Of a DNA stretch of 64,000 nt, positions 17,900 to 28,522 are shown piece by piece; the first letter of the stretch is position 1, and each line of letters opens with the position of its first letter. This stretch comes from a virus: IMG/VR virus record IMGVR_UViG_3300030060_007200; one strand, given 5' to 3'. The notes beneath the pieces were generated by a model. That model ran no database searches. It had not been told where the DNA came from and was given only the letters and a program-made list of their open reading frames with translations. The translations under genes and the position numbers were made by a program.

Positions 17900-18910
17900 T
17901 TATATGTCCAAAGACCTCATATTATGATAGTCTCTACCTATTTTGAGTTTTGTAGGAAATTCCATAAGAGCTTGTATCTCTTTTAGAATCTGCTTTCCAT
18001 CATCAGAACTTATATCGAATATGAATGCATCGTAAATATAAAGTACCATTTTACTAAATTTATTATCAAGCAAGTCTAAAATATTTTTTAGAATTTTAGA
18101 ATTTCTTTCTGTTTCATATGCCTGTATAAAATAGTTAAATAGCTTTTGAGGATTCATATCCTTAAAGTTTCTTTTATAGAACCTGCGTTTCAATATTGGA
18201 GTTTCTATATAACCTTTACTAATATAAATATCCCATAACCTAAAAATGTAGTCATTTGTTTTTTGAAAATATTCTATATGTAAAAATTCTTTTGGTATAC
18301 CACCATAAAGTATTTGAAAGCTTATTTTTTTAGAATCATTATATTGTTCATCTGTAAGACTGTCTGTATCAAAATATAATTTACCTAAATATCTATGAAA
18401 GCTACCTGTAGGTTGTTCTATACCTATAAGCTCTGCAATTAGTCTAAGATGATATGCGTCAAAATCAAATTCTGCAATAATACCACCTGGGTGTCTACTT
18501 ATATATTTTGACCTTGTGCCGTCATCTTTATTAAGTGCTGCATAGTTTATACCATTATTAGAATTTGCAGGTCTTCCTGTTGTTGTAAATAGATTATATT
18601 TTGTATATTCAAAACCTTTTTCTGTCCAAAGACCGTTTTGTTCAATTTTTCTAAAAATACTTACCACATTATCATTATAGTTATGAATCATAGAATCCGA
18701 CACATCAGGAATCGCATGCGAGAGAGTGTCTAAATGCTCTATTTCTTCTCTTTTTTTATTTTCAGGTATAATATCATATATGTTATATCTGTCTCCATAA
18801 AGCCTTTTGTAGAATGTGTTTATAGGAAGGTCTAACTTAGATAGTTCCATTGACCTGTTGTAATGCAGATAATGTTTTATTTGTATTTTATTATGTAATT
18901 CACCTAACAC
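17900..18910 (-). CDS. Minimal family A DNA polymerase (polymerase domain only)
   Basis: TTTGRP, motif A FDFDAYHLR, motif B SKKISFQILYG, NYFIQA, motif C IYDA; no exonuclease domains. Confidence 0.85.
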   Translation of the reverse strand: MLGELHNKIQIKHYLHYNRSMELSKLDLPINTFYKRLYGDRYNIYDIIPENKKREEIEHLDTLSHAIPDVSDSMIHNYNDNVVSIFRKIEQNGLWTEKGFEYTKYNLFTTTGRPANSNNGINYAALNKDDGTRSKYISRHPGGIIAEFDFDAYHLRLIAELIGIEQPTGSFHRYLGKLYFDTDSLTDEQYNDSKKISFQILYGGIPKEFLHIEYFQKTNDYIFRLWDIYISKGYIETPILKRRFYKRNFKDMNPQKLFNYFIQAYETERNSKILKNILDLLDNKFSKMVLYIYDAFIFDISSDDGKQILKEIQALMEFPTKLKIGRDYHNMRSLDI

Positions 18911-18950
18911 CTATCTAATATAACAAAAATATTTGATAAATAAAAATTTT

Positions 18951-19808
18951 TTATACTAAACCTTCAGGTCTATAATAAGGGTCGTCATTAACATCATACT
19001 GATATTTTGCACACCAATAATTTTCTTTTACCTCTGCATTAAATTTATCGCACCAACCTTCTTCAAAAAATATACATGATAAACAATTTTGTCTAGGAGG
19101 TATCATTGAATTTTCCTGCTCATCAGGATAATTACCTATTTGATACGCAGCAGGAAGTTGAGATGGTATACTTTCACCTGTTGGATATACTCTTCTATTT
19201 AATGCGTCTCGCTTAACACCTTGTGGTGCAAATGGCCAAGTCATATATTCTGTTGGAAGTACAAATTTATGTATATCCTTAATCTCAGCTCTTGCAGCCT
19301 GTATTTTAAGATGATTGTAGTAAATTGCTGATGTTGTTATTTTAAGCTTTAATTCTACAAATTTAACAGGTATGTGATATGGTGTGTTTTGTTTTTTATA
19401 GTATTTGAATTGCTCCTTATCGACCTCTATAATTTCATTAGTATGTTCCGTATTTACAAAATATCTAGAGTATTCACCTTTTTCTTTTTCTTTATCTGTA
19501 AGTTTATGTTTATATGGTACAGGTTCCTTAAAGTTTTTTGCATATCTATCTTTTAATAAATCATATACAAAATTTTGCTTAACACTTCTTTTCTCTAAAG
19601 GAAAAAGTTTTTGAGTTAATTCTATATCTAGACTTAAATTTTCTGAACCAAATGGTTTGCCTGCATAAAATGTTATTGGTCCTTTATACTCTTCAAACTC
19701 ACCTGTTTCTCGTCTTTCGCCAAACTTATCTTGATAAAATGTTTTTACCATCCACTCACCACCTGTAGTGAATCCTTTTTTGATATATTTCTTTTTATAT
19801 ACTCTCAT
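18951..19808 (-). CDS. Hypothetical baseplate-region protein with C-terminal HiPIP-like 4-Cys motif
   Basis: QNCLSCIFFEEGWCDKFNAEVKENYWCAKY. Confidence 0.7.
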   Translation of the reverse strand: MRVYKKKYIKKGFTTGGEWMVKTFYQDKFGERRETGEFEEYKGPITFYAGKPFGSENLSLDIELTQKLFPLEKRSVKQNFVYDLLKDRYAKNFKEPVPYKHKLTDKEKEKGEYSRYFVNTEHTNEIIEVDKEQFKYYKKQNTPYHIPVKFVELKLKITTSAIYYNHLKIQAARAEIKDIHKFVLPTEYMTWPFAPQGVKRDALNRRVYPTGESIPSQLPAAYQIGNYPDEQENSMIPPRQNCLSCIFFEEGWCDKFNAEVKENYWCAKYQYDVNDDPYYRPEGLV

Positions 19809-21910
19809 TAGTCGTATATCCTTAGCGCACTTTCTATAGAAGTTGTCCAGTCGTCTTGTGTGACTGAGTGTTTAACACCTTTTACTTGAAAAGCATGTTT
19901 CTTTTTTATTACTTTAGGTGTATAGTCTGTTTCAAATAAATATCCCCAAGATAGTCCACCTATACCGTCAAGTGTTAAATCTACACCAAGAGGTATCGTA
20001 ACACCACCAAAGCTTTGTGGTGCATTTTTACCTTTTGAGCCGTGATATGCTTTCATTGCACCAAGTGCAGAGTCTACAGTTTCATCTGACCTGTTATCTG
20101 CAAGTGCTGCAAATGCGGCGTATGTATCTTTTTTGAGGTCGTATGTTGATGGATTGTTTCCTCCACTTTTTGCATTTGAAGTGGATTTGCATTTTTCTCC
20201 ATAGTTTTTATTACCGTCTAATTTTTGTTTGCCCATCATTGTATCTTTAATACCTTCAGCATAATCCAACATAGAACCTTGAGGTGTATTTGAGTTTGCT
20301 CCAGAAGAATCTTTGGTTGCTCCAGCATCACCTCTTTGTGTAGCCATCATTATTGAATGACGTAATGCTTGAGGTATTTCTGTTGATACACCCCAACTTC
20401 TTGCTGATGTATTTCCTAATATATTTATTACTGATGCTTTTGGTTTAGGTTTTGGTACATAGTTTCTATCGATAACTCTCATTACCGATGGGTCCTTAGG
20501 GTCATCTACAAGTTCTAGTTCCCAAAAATCTCCGCACACCTCATTTACTTTTCTTGCAACGGCCATAACATATTCGTCTATTGTTTTTGTGTTCATAAAT
20601 GTAGTCCACAAGAAATATGTATTTAACCATATCCTTCCTAACTCTATATAATGTATACCATCCGTTGCTGACAATCCAGAATCACGGTGTGTTGATGCCT
20701 TTCCTGTATGATTTATCCATGTTTCGTATGCCTGAGTACCAACAATACCAAATTCTGCTTTAGGACTACTTGAACCGCCATCTGCATTATACCAATCCCA
20801 ATGTGCATGTCCTGGTACTATAGCAACCCAAGGGTCACATGAGCCCCACGGGTTCCAATTACCATCAGAAGGTATTTTCATACGACTAGTTTTACTATTT
20901 AATTTCCATACGTGTCCTTTTTTCCAGTGAGATTGTATACCAGAAAAAATTGTTTTTCTGAATTGTGAGTTAATAGTATCGTGTGTTGGTGATATAGGTG
21001 AAAGGCCTGATACAATAGATGATTCCCACCAGTCCCATGTTACATAGTAATTTTCCTTTGGTGAACCGAACCAGCCTGTAACAGAACTCCACCAACCTGC
21101 ATCTTCTTTAGCGTCCTCATCAAGATTAAGACATATACCTGCATTTGTTTCTGCCTTCCATATTTGACCAACTCCCATATTACTTTCTGCAACATCCTTC
21201 AATACAACCTTCATCCAATTTCCTGAGCCTTCATCTTTTTCATTTTGCTTACAACCTGCAGTTGGTTTACTACCTGCAATATTTATTGGTCCACTTATAT
21301 ATGCCTTTCCTGGTGAGTCTATTGTTATTTCACATGTGTATGCTTTGCTGTTTGGGTCAAACGACCAATTAAAATCTGATATAAGACCACACATACCTTC
21401 TGTACAACCGCTATTCTCTTCAGACTTTTTATTTATTTTCTCCTGTAGCTTATACATACTTTTTGCGCCGGCCAAATCAGTGTCTGATATTCTTGTTATT
21501 GCGTCGCCGTTTGATTGCATGTTCCAACCCCATTGAGCTATTGCTGTAAGTCCTGGTATAAAATATGCTCTTTGAGCTAATCTAAGTTGTTCTATGGAAT
21601 ATAATGTAAATTTAACAGTACCTTTTCTCATTGAGCCGTTGGCACCTGTTGTTCCTATTTCTATTGAATTTATTGCAGGTTGAGGTACTATTCTACCTTC
21701 ATCTGTTTTTGTATAAAAATCATCGTATGTTCTTTTTTCATAATCAGCAAGCGGCATTGGCTCGCTAGAAAAAGATGTTAATGTCATCCAAGGTTTTTTA
21801 GACACCTTCCATTTATCGCTTGGTAATGCCTCACCTCTAGAATTTATTTCGTTTTTTACATAATCAGGTAATTGTCTACCTGTAATATATCCATCTGAAT
21901 ACGTTGCCAT
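19808..21910 (-). CDS. Putative baseplate hub-like structural protein
   Basis: Position after LysM protein; QWGW, ISDFNWS, LTLDGIGG...FQVKGVKHSVTQDDWTTSI hub-like C-terminus. Confidence 0.6.
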   Translation of the reverse strand: MATYSDGYITGRQLPDYVKNEINSRGEALPSDKWKVSKKPWMTLTSFSSEPMPLADYEKRTYDDFYTKTDEGRIVPQPAINSIEIGTTGANGSMRKGTVKFTLYSIEQLRLAQRAYFIPGLTAIAQWGWNMQSNGDAITRISDTDLAGAKSMYKLQEKINKKSEENSGCTEGMCGLISDFNWSFDPNSKAYTCEITIDSPGKAYISGPINIAGSKPTAGCKQNEKDEGSGNWMKVVLKDVAESNMGVGQIWKAETNAGICLNLDEDAKEDAGWWSSVTGWFGSPKENYYVTWDWWESSIVSGLSPISPTHDTINSQFRKTIFSGIQSHWKKGHVWKLNSKTSRMKIPSDGNWNPWGSCDPWVAIVPGHAHWDWYNADGGSSSPKAEFGIVGTQAYETWINHTGKASTHRDSGLSATDGIHYIELGRIWLNTYFLWTTFMNTKTIDEYVMAVARKVNEVCGDFWELELVDDPKDPSVMRVIDRNYVPKPKPKASVINILGNTSARSWGVSTEIPQALRHSIMMATQRGDAGATKDSSGANSNTPQGSMLDYAEGIKDTMMGKQKLDGNKNYGEKCKSTSNAKSGGNNPSTYDLKKDTYAAFAALADNRSDETVDSALGAMKAYHGSKGKNAPQSFGGVTIPLGVDLTLDGIGGLSWGYLFETDYTPKVIKKKHAFQVKGVKHSVTQDDWTTSIESALRIYD

Positions 21911-21928
21911 TTATTTCTCCATAACCTT

Positions 21929-22444
21929 TTAGTAACCGCCACCGCCTGAACCACCAGTACCTCCTCCCATACCTCCACCAGTAGAATCTCCGCTACTCAT
22001 ATTTGTAGGTCCTGAGTTACCTGGCATACCTTCTGTTGTAGGACCTAGTGGTTCTTCTACCTCTGGCCTAAAGTATGTTCTTTCTTCTAGCATTCTTTGG
22101 TATTCATCTACGATTGCTGATATTCTACGAGGATTTGGTATTCGTATTCTTTGTCCTGGTTCTACAAACATAGAGCCTTTACCAATACCTTTATCCATTT
22201 TTTGTGTAATACCATAATTTGATGCTCTATCTAATTTATTTGCATTAGCAATTATCCACCATAGTGTAACATCCTCATAATATTGATATGCCAAATTATC
22301 TAATCTATCCTCAACTAAAACATCAATATAAAAATCGTCTACATGTCTTTCTATCTTAGGATAGATTATTGTACCGTATACTTTTTTTGTACGTTTATTA
22401 AATTTGTTTGTAATTTTTGTCTGATTAAATTGATATCTTTTCAT
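21929..22444 (-). CDS. LysM-like baseplate wedge protein (gp53/tail X-like)
   Basis: DRLDNLAYQYYEDVTLWWIIANAN...PGQRIRIP. Confidence 0.8.
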   Translation of the reverse strand: MKRYQFNQTKITNKFNKRTKKVYGTIIYPKIERHVDDFYIDVLVEDRLDNLAYQYYEDVTLWWIIANANKLDRASNYGITQKMDKGIGKGSMFVEPGQRIRIPNPRRISAIVDEYQRMLEERTYFRPEVEEPLGPTTEGMPGNSGPTNMSSGDSTGGGMGGGTGGSGGGGY

Positions 22445-22452
22445 GTTTACCC

Positions 22453-25281
22453 CTAATAGCTTATAAACTTACCATCTGATTTCCAAATTTTACCATCTGC
22501 GTTAACAAGGAATTTACCTCCTATCTTTAAGTCAAACAGCATTGGTAATTCTAAATCCGTTGTTTCATTACCTTCACCTAAAGCTATATCCCAACCTGCA
22601 TCTAGATTTATTGTATAATCAACAGTTTCGATAATTGAAGGTACAGCTTTCCACAAATTACCTACAGTAATTTTATTTACTCTACCACCACCTACATCAC
22701 TAAACATTTCTGGAGAAGCCTTTTGCATTATTTGATTTAGTAGTTTATAGTTATTTTTTAACTCACCTTGTGTAAATGCCGGCATCTGTAAACCTAGACT
22801 CCATTCTCTTGATATTTTATCAAACATATAAGCATCTACAGGATTACCTGCATATGTTATTGAAGAATACGTAGGTTTTAGCCCATCGCTTATTTCAGTT
22901 ATATAAGCACGTAGTTTAATACCATCTATACTTATCTTTACGTAATCCTTTCCATAATCTGTATCATCAGCACTTTCACCTGGTTTTGTAGCACCATAAT
23001 CAGATAGCTTAATTCGACTAACTGAATTTTTTTCATATGAATCACCTTCGTCTTTCTTTCTAAAATCTCTAAATGCTTTAGGACTTCTTCTATAATTACC
23101 TAAATCTACATAGCTAAATACTGAAAACTCTTTGTCTCCACTACCTGGAAATATTTCTCCACTATTTGCCGGTTGTTGAACAAATAATTCATCCTCTGTA
23201 TTTTTTGTAGCTTTAGGTGCGCCTTTTGTATCATCATCTGTACCAAATTTAGACTGGTCAAAGCTTTCAAGGTCTGGGTTTCCATATTTGTCATCACCTG
23301 CATCGTTTCCAAATTTGTCATGTATTGCTGAATAATCTTTTGTTTTGTATTTACCTGGATTAACTCCAGCTGGGTCAATATCTCCTTCTGCTTTAGGAAA
23401 ACCTTTCCAGCTATCAGGTGCGTCCTGCTCATAAGGCTCATATCCATTATCACCTTTGAATGTAAGAATACCTAATGATAAATCTTCATTTTCCTCACCT
23501 TTACTAGCCTCAGATATTTTGCCATCATCATAATGTGTTGTTGCCTTTTGTTTGTAATAAGGTTCTTCAGGTGTATATATAAATACTCTGTCATATGATA
23601 TACCTGATGTATGCTTAAATATATTTGTTTTACCTATACCAAAAAGAGAGTGTGGTCCGTTTATACCTGATAGCCTTCCAATCTTTTCACCTCTACCTCT
23701 TAACTTATTTAAGAATTTTGTAAATTTTGTATATAGTGCCTCTAGTCCTTTTAGCTTTTGAGGTATCAATTCTTTTACAGGATTCTTAAATAATCCAACC
23801 TCCATATCTTCACCAAGTTTAACAAGCCTATTACTGTCACCTGGTGATGATGGATTTTTATTTTCTATCCTATCAATAACTCTTTCGTACATTATATCAC
23901 GAGGATTTAATTGTCCTAAGAAATGTCTGTCACCGTGAATACCTAAAGCGTTTAATGGAACTTGTAACGCTAGTGCTAAAGGATTGTATATTCTATCAGC
24001 GTTAATAAAAGGCAGTTGAAAGAATTGTTTTTTAGGATTTGTTAGCTGAAGTCCGAATTGTTTTATATTAAACAGCAAACCTCTTGGTGATATCATAAAC
24101 TTTGCAATTCTTGCAGTATCAATCAGAGGTGATGTTATCATTCCTATTGCACCATCAACAGGGTCAAGTGAAGGTAAGAATCCTGGTGATGATGGATTTT
24201 CATTACCTGGTCCTTTTTGTATACCTCTTTGTATAAAAGGCTGCTTACCAAATAATGGTGACCTAGGATTATTTCTTTGAGCTTCGTCTCTTAAATTTAC
24301 AAAATCGTTAGGTCCTACTCTTGTTTGAAAATCATCTATCTGTCCACCTGACATTCTTAATGAAGGAGGATTTCCTTCTGTTCCGGCAGCAATAGAAGCG
24401 CCTTGTCTTTCAGCTGGTTTTATTCTAGCGAAATAATCGTTATATCTTTGTCTTGTAAATAAATTTGATGAGCCACCTGCAGGTGGAGTTTGACTAAACT
24501 TAAATAATGTAGTACCGTCTCTTTTATCTGGCTGGTCACCTATCTCTAAAAATCCTGATGTCATATTATTCATATGAGTTATTTTAGGTGTACCTTGTGC
24601 AGCAAATATTGGTTTTCTATCAGACGGTGAGAGACCTGCAAATAATTCTAATAGCGCTGAAGGTTTTTCAGGTGTTGTCGCCATTGGATTAACAGGTGAC
24701 AATGTAGATTTTTCTGGCGTTTGTGCCATTGGATTAACAGGCCCTTGAGTAGACTTATCTGGTGTTGGTCCAAATGCTACTGGGTCAATTGTAGATTTTT
24801 CTGGAGTTGACGCCATTGGATTTATTGGTCCTAAAGTAGATTTATCTGGAGTCTGACCTAAAGGACTTATAGGTTCCTGTGTACTATATTCAACCTGATT
24901 CTTTTGAGTATTTATTGCCTGTGTTGTATAATCTATCTGACCTTGTTGTGTATTTATTTTTTGTGTTGTAAAATCAGGACCTTTTTTACTAAACGCTTTA
25001 TCTTTTGGGTCAAATGCCTGGCCTTCTAAACTAAACGCTTTATCTCTACCTTCTATTTCTTTACCTTTTACAAGCTCTGCTAATTTACTTGTTGAATATC
25101 CTGGTATAAAAATAAATGGTGCATTAGGTTTTTGTGTAGGAAAATCTATTGCTCTACTAAACTGTTGCTGTATAGGTCTTGGAGCAAACTTACCTAGTGG
25201 GTCAACAGATGTACCAACAGGTTGTCTATTCTTTTCGCTTGCCTTAAAATATTCTTCTAGATTCTTAAAATTAAATGCCAT
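22453..25281 (-). CDS. Large baseplate/tube-initiator-like protein with N-terminal Pro/Thr repeats
   Basis: Follows tape measure; C-terminal RAYITEISD...YAGNP...REWSLGLQMPA tube-initiator-like domain. Confidence 0.6.
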   Translation of the reverse strand: MAFNFKNLEEYFKASEKNRQPVGTSVDPLGKFAPRPIQQQFSRAIDFPTQKPNAPFIFIPGYSTSKLAELVKGKEIEGRDKAFSLEGQAFDPKDKAFSKKGPDFTTQKINTQQGQIDYTTQAINTQKNQVEYSTQEPISPLGQTPDKSTLGPINPMASTPEKSTIDPVAFGPTPDKSTQGPVNPMAQTPEKSTLSPVNPMATTPEKPSALLELFAGLSPSDRKPIFAAQGTPKITHMNNMTSGFLEIGDQPDKRDGTTLFKFSQTPPAGGSSNLFTRQRYNDYFARIKPAERQGASIAAGTEGNPPSLRMSGGQIDDFQTRVGPNDFVNLRDEAQRNNPRSPLFGKQPFIQRGIQKGPGNENPSSPGFLPSLDPVDGAIGMITSPLIDTARIAKFMISPRGLLFNIKQFGLQLTNPKKQFFQLPFINADRIYNPLALALQVPLNALGIHGDRHFLGQLNPRDIMYERVIDRIENKNPSSPGDSNRLVKLGEDMEVGLFKNPVKELIPQKLKGLEALYTKFTKFLNKLRGRGEKIGRLSGINGPHSLFGIGKTNIFKHTSGISYDRVFIYTPEEPYYKQKATTHYDDGKISEASKGEENEDLSLGILTFKGDNGYEPYEQDAPDSWKGFPKAEGDIDPAGVNPGKYKTKDYSAIHDKFGNDAGDDKYGNPDLESFDQSKFGTDDDTKGAPKATKNTEDELFVQQPANSGEIFPGSGDKEFSVFSYVDLGNYRRSPKAFRDFRKKDEGDSYEKNSVSRIKLSDYGATKPGESADDTDYGKDYVKISIDGIKLRAYITEISDGLKPTYSSITYAGNPVDAYMFDKISREWSLGLQMPAFTQGELKNNYKLLNQIMQKASPEMFSDVGGGRVNKITVGNLWKAVPSIIETVDYTINLDAGWDIALGEGNETTDLELPMLFDLKIGGKFLVNADGKIWKSDGKFISY
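24660..24975 (-). repeat. Coding tandem repeats, 14-15 aa (STxxPxNPMAxTPEK x5, preceded by TTQxINTQ x2)
   Basis: Visible in the translation and as ~45-bp DNA repeats. Confidence 0.85.
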
Positions 25282-25283
25282 TA

Positions 25284-28196
25284 TTAACTCCCTATAGGTC
25301 CAGATGCTAATTGAATAACTCTACCTACTTCTTTACCGTCCATAACGACCTTGCCCCCTGATTGTATTACAGATATCAGTTCATCAAGTTTTTGTATTAT
25401 CTTTTCATTATTAGCTCCACCTTCACCACCACCAGCTGGTTCAGCTTCTGCTTCTCCCATTCCAAATAAACCTATAGAACCTAGCTTATCAAGTACTGGC
25501 ATAAGAGGTACAAGTAATAATAATGATGCTGCAAATAATGTTAAAGCTCCAGCCATCATTGTAAATCCTATTGCACCTGGTACCAATGTCATACCTGCAA
25601 GTCCTAATGCAGCTGTTCCAGCAGCAAAACCAATTAGGTCAATATCTGGTAAAGTTCTAAGTGCCAAACCAAATATAGGTAGCGCTCCAGCCATAACAGT
25701 CATACCAATTACACCCATAGCTATTGCAGGTAACATAACACCTAGTCCAGCAACTGCAACTCCTATTGCTGCAATACTAGCACCAAACCCTAATATTAGT
25801 GCTGCATCAACGCCTTGTATTTGTGATAGTGCTTCTGTTGCTGGTGCTATTGCCAATCCTAATAAATTAGCTGAAATAATACCTAGTGATATTGGTATAA
25901 TCATAAGACCTAAACCAGCAACCGCAGCGCCTAATAATCCTAGTCCTACAGAAAATCCAATAATTGCTGCAGGGTCAACACCTGCCAGATTACCCATAGC
26001 CATAGCTGCAGGTATCAATCCAATACCTAATAGTGCCAATGCAGCAGAGCCAAGTGCAACAAAAGGAAATAAATATCCTAAACCTGCTGCTGCAAGTCCT
26101 AATATTACCAGCGAACCTGAAAATGCAATCATTGCTAATGGGTCAACACCTTCTAATAATCCAAATGCAAGTGCTGCAGGTATCATTGCGACACCTAACA
26201 ATCCTAATACAAGTAAACCTTTCATTATACTTGCAAATCCTTTACCAAATGATTTAAGACCTTGAGCTAAAAACTTAAAGTTCATAGCCAGTGCCGCAAG
26301 TGGTACAAGTCCCATAAACATTAAAAACGGTATTGACGGTAAAGCCAGTAATAGTGCAGGTCCTGCTAACGCCAATGCTGCAATACCTTTGAATGTACCT
26401 TTACCCATTGACCTAAGTCCAGCGGCTAGGTCCTGCATACTCTTTTTAATACCACCTTTTTTACCTGCTGGCCCCATTTTACTTGCATCACCTGTCGCTT
26501 TTGAAGCAGCCTTAGATACATCAGGTCCTTTCATACCTTTTCCATCATGACCTAGGAATTTACCAATTTTAGTTTTTCCTAATTTATCTTTCATTGCGCC
26601 ACCAAATTTACCTAATGCAGGTATAGCACTTGAAATTCCTTTACCCATCGACCCTAAAAAGTTAACAGTAGCTGCAGCAGTTGTTGCATTTTCTTTTAGG
26701 AAATTACCCATTGTTGCAAGATATTCTGCAGACTTTGCAAATCCTTCTGCTTGTTTTTCTCCTGTCTCTGTAAGACCAGCTTGTAGATTTAATTGTTTTT
26801 GTAATTCACCAACTGAAACACCCATCAATTCTGCAGCTTGTTTCTTTTGGAAATAATCCATTTGGTTAAAGCTATTTATACCACCAAGCTGGTTAAGCAT
26901 TTCTTTATATGCGCCTTCAATATCTCCTTCGTAAACAAGTTGTTGAGCTCTATCAACATTTATTTGTCTACCTAACATTACAGATAATTCCATAGCGCTA
27001 GCTCGTGCATTATCTATATCCATTAACTTATCACCAAGTGCAGACATCTGTTCTAATGATGTACCTAGCTTTGCAGCCTCTACTGCCATTTTACCTAATT
27101 GGTCTGCAGATATATTACCAAACTTGGATGTTAATTCCATATTATTGGCAACATCGGTCATTACCTTTCCTATAGGTACATTTGCTCCTCTTGCAAGATT
27201 AGCAGTTGTTTCTAGTGTAGCCTTTGATTGAGCTACTGTCATACCTTCAACCAATGACATATGACCTACAAGCTTACCGGCCTCCTGCTCACCTATTCCT
27301 ATATTTTTTGCAATTTTAGATACTTCTACAATTGTATCACCTGAAAGGTTTTTAAGATTACCTGCACCTTCTACAAGACCTGCCATAGATGCTGCATTTT
27401 GTTCTGAGGTAATACCAAATAATATACCTTGAATATTTGCACTTGCCATTTCATCTGCAAGACCTACTGCTTGTGTTCTAGACAGTCCTATATTTTCACC
27501 TGCCTTAAACATATTTTCTGTAAACTTACCTAATTCTTTTGTCATTGCAACTGCAAATAATCCTGTTGCTACCTTAGGGTCTTGTATTACATCTGCAAAA
27601 TCATCAAATTTATCTTTGAAACTACCAAAAAACTCATCAAGCTCTTTTTGTCTTTCAGCTTGTTTTTTCATTGACTCTAATATTTTTGTATTAGGGTCAT
27701 TTTGTAATTCTTTTTCTAACCTTTGCTGCATTACAAAATCTGCAATTGCCTCTTCAGCACCAGCTCGCTGGTCGGCTAATTTTGATGCCAATAAATCATC
27801 TTGATATGCTTGATTTTTTGTAAGAGCTATTCGTTTTTGAGCATCATACGCGGCTTCTACTGCAGCAACCTTAGCATTATCTACATCTAACTCCATCTGC
27901 ATTTTTTGCAACCTGGAATTTTGTATCATTTTTAATTTTGTTTCGTTAGAAGATATGGCATCTACAATTTCAGATCGCTTTTCATACATCTGAGTAAGAA
28001 GCTCTTCTCTTTTTACCTGTTTATTTGCAGCTGCTAATATATTATCTTTAGCCGTTTCTTGTCTAGTTAATATAGCAGATAGAGAAGTCTGTATTGATTG
28101 TTCTTTTTTGGCAGCTTCTAATCTAGCCTTCTCTCGCTTTTCTTGCGCCTCATAAAAGCGCTTCATGTTTTCTCTATCTCTATCGTTCATTGCCAT
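25284..28196 (-). CDS. Tape measure protein
   Basis: Long helical Ala/Gln-rich N-half, hydrophobic Gly/Ala-rich C-half, terminal VVMDGKEVG; position after tail chaperone. Confidence 0.85.
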   Translation of the reverse strand: MAMNDRDRENMKRFYEAQEKREKARLEAAKKEQSIQTSLSAILTRQETAKDNILAAANKQVKREELLTQMYEKRSEIVDAISSNETKLKMIQNSRLQKMQMELDVDNAKVAAVEAAYDAQKRIALTKNQAYQDDLLASKLADQRAGAEEAIADFVMQQRLEKELQNDPNTKILESMKKQAERQKELDEFFGSFKDKFDDFADVIQDPKVATGLFAVAMTKELGKFTENMFKAGENIGLSRTQAVGLADEMASANIQGILFGITSEQNAASMAGLVEGAGNLKNLSGDTIVEVSKIAKNIGIGEQEAGKLVGHMSLVEGMTVAQSKATLETTANLARGANVPIGKVMTDVANNMELTSKFGNISADQLGKMAVEAAKLGTSLEQMSALGDKLMDIDNARASAMELSVMLGRQINVDRAQQLVYEGDIEGAYKEMLNQLGGINSFNQMDYFQKKQAAELMGVSVGELQKQLNLQAGLTETGEKQAEGFAKSAEYLATMGNFLKENATTAAATVNFLGSMGKGISSAIPALGKFGGAMKDKLGKTKIGKFLGHDGKGMKGPDVSKAASKATGDASKMGPAGKKGGIKKSMQDLAAGLRSMGKGTFKGIAALALAGPALLLALPSIPFLMFMGLVPLAALAMNFKFLAQGLKSFGKGFASIMKGLLVLGLLGVAMIPAALAFGLLEGVDPLAMIAFSGSLVILGLAAAGLGYLFPFVALGSAALALLGIGLIPAAMAMGNLAGVDPAAIIGFSVGLGLLGAAVAGLGLMIIPISLGIISANLLGLAIAPATEALSQIQGVDAALILGFGASIAAIGVAVAGLGVMLPAIAMGVIGMTVMAGALPIFGLALRTLPDIDLIGFAAGTAALGLAGMTLVPGAIGFTMMAGALTLFAASLLLLVPLMPVLDKLGSIGLFGMGEAEAEPAGGGEGGANNEKIIQKLDELISVIQSGGKVVMDGKEVGRVIQLASGPIGS

Positions 28197-28202
28197 AATT
28201 TA

Positions 28203-28487
28203 TTAGCTAAATATATCTGCCTTTGCCATTAAGTCATCTGCTTTTTTAACAGCATTTCCCGTGGCTTTAATTTTTTTCATAAGATTATCAACAGCCTTTT
28301 TACCTTCAGGACTTTCATCTGCAATTTTTTGCAAACTTCTTTCTAATCTTTTATCGTTTGATTTATCAAGTATACCTTTTATGTGATTCATTACACCACT
28401 TACGATACCTTCACTTGTGATGTCTTTATTTTCTGCGACTTGTTTAGAAATTAACTTTCTAATATATTCACGAAGTTTCATATGCAC
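28203..28487 (-). CDS. Hypothetical late protein
   Basis: Late promoter at 28515; KLREYIRKLI leader. Confidence 0.75.
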   Translation of the reverse strand: MHMKLREYIRKLISKQVAENKDITSEGIVSGVMNHIKGILDKSNDKRLERSLQKIADESPEGKKAVDNLMKKIKATGNAVKKADDLMAKADIFS

Positions 28488-28522
28488 TCTCCATTATGCG
28501 CTTATTTAGTTTAATATAAATA

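Noticed and set aside
25351-26265. 304-aa plus-strand ORF
   Set aside because: Antisense shadow of the Gly/Ala/Leu-rich tape measure region
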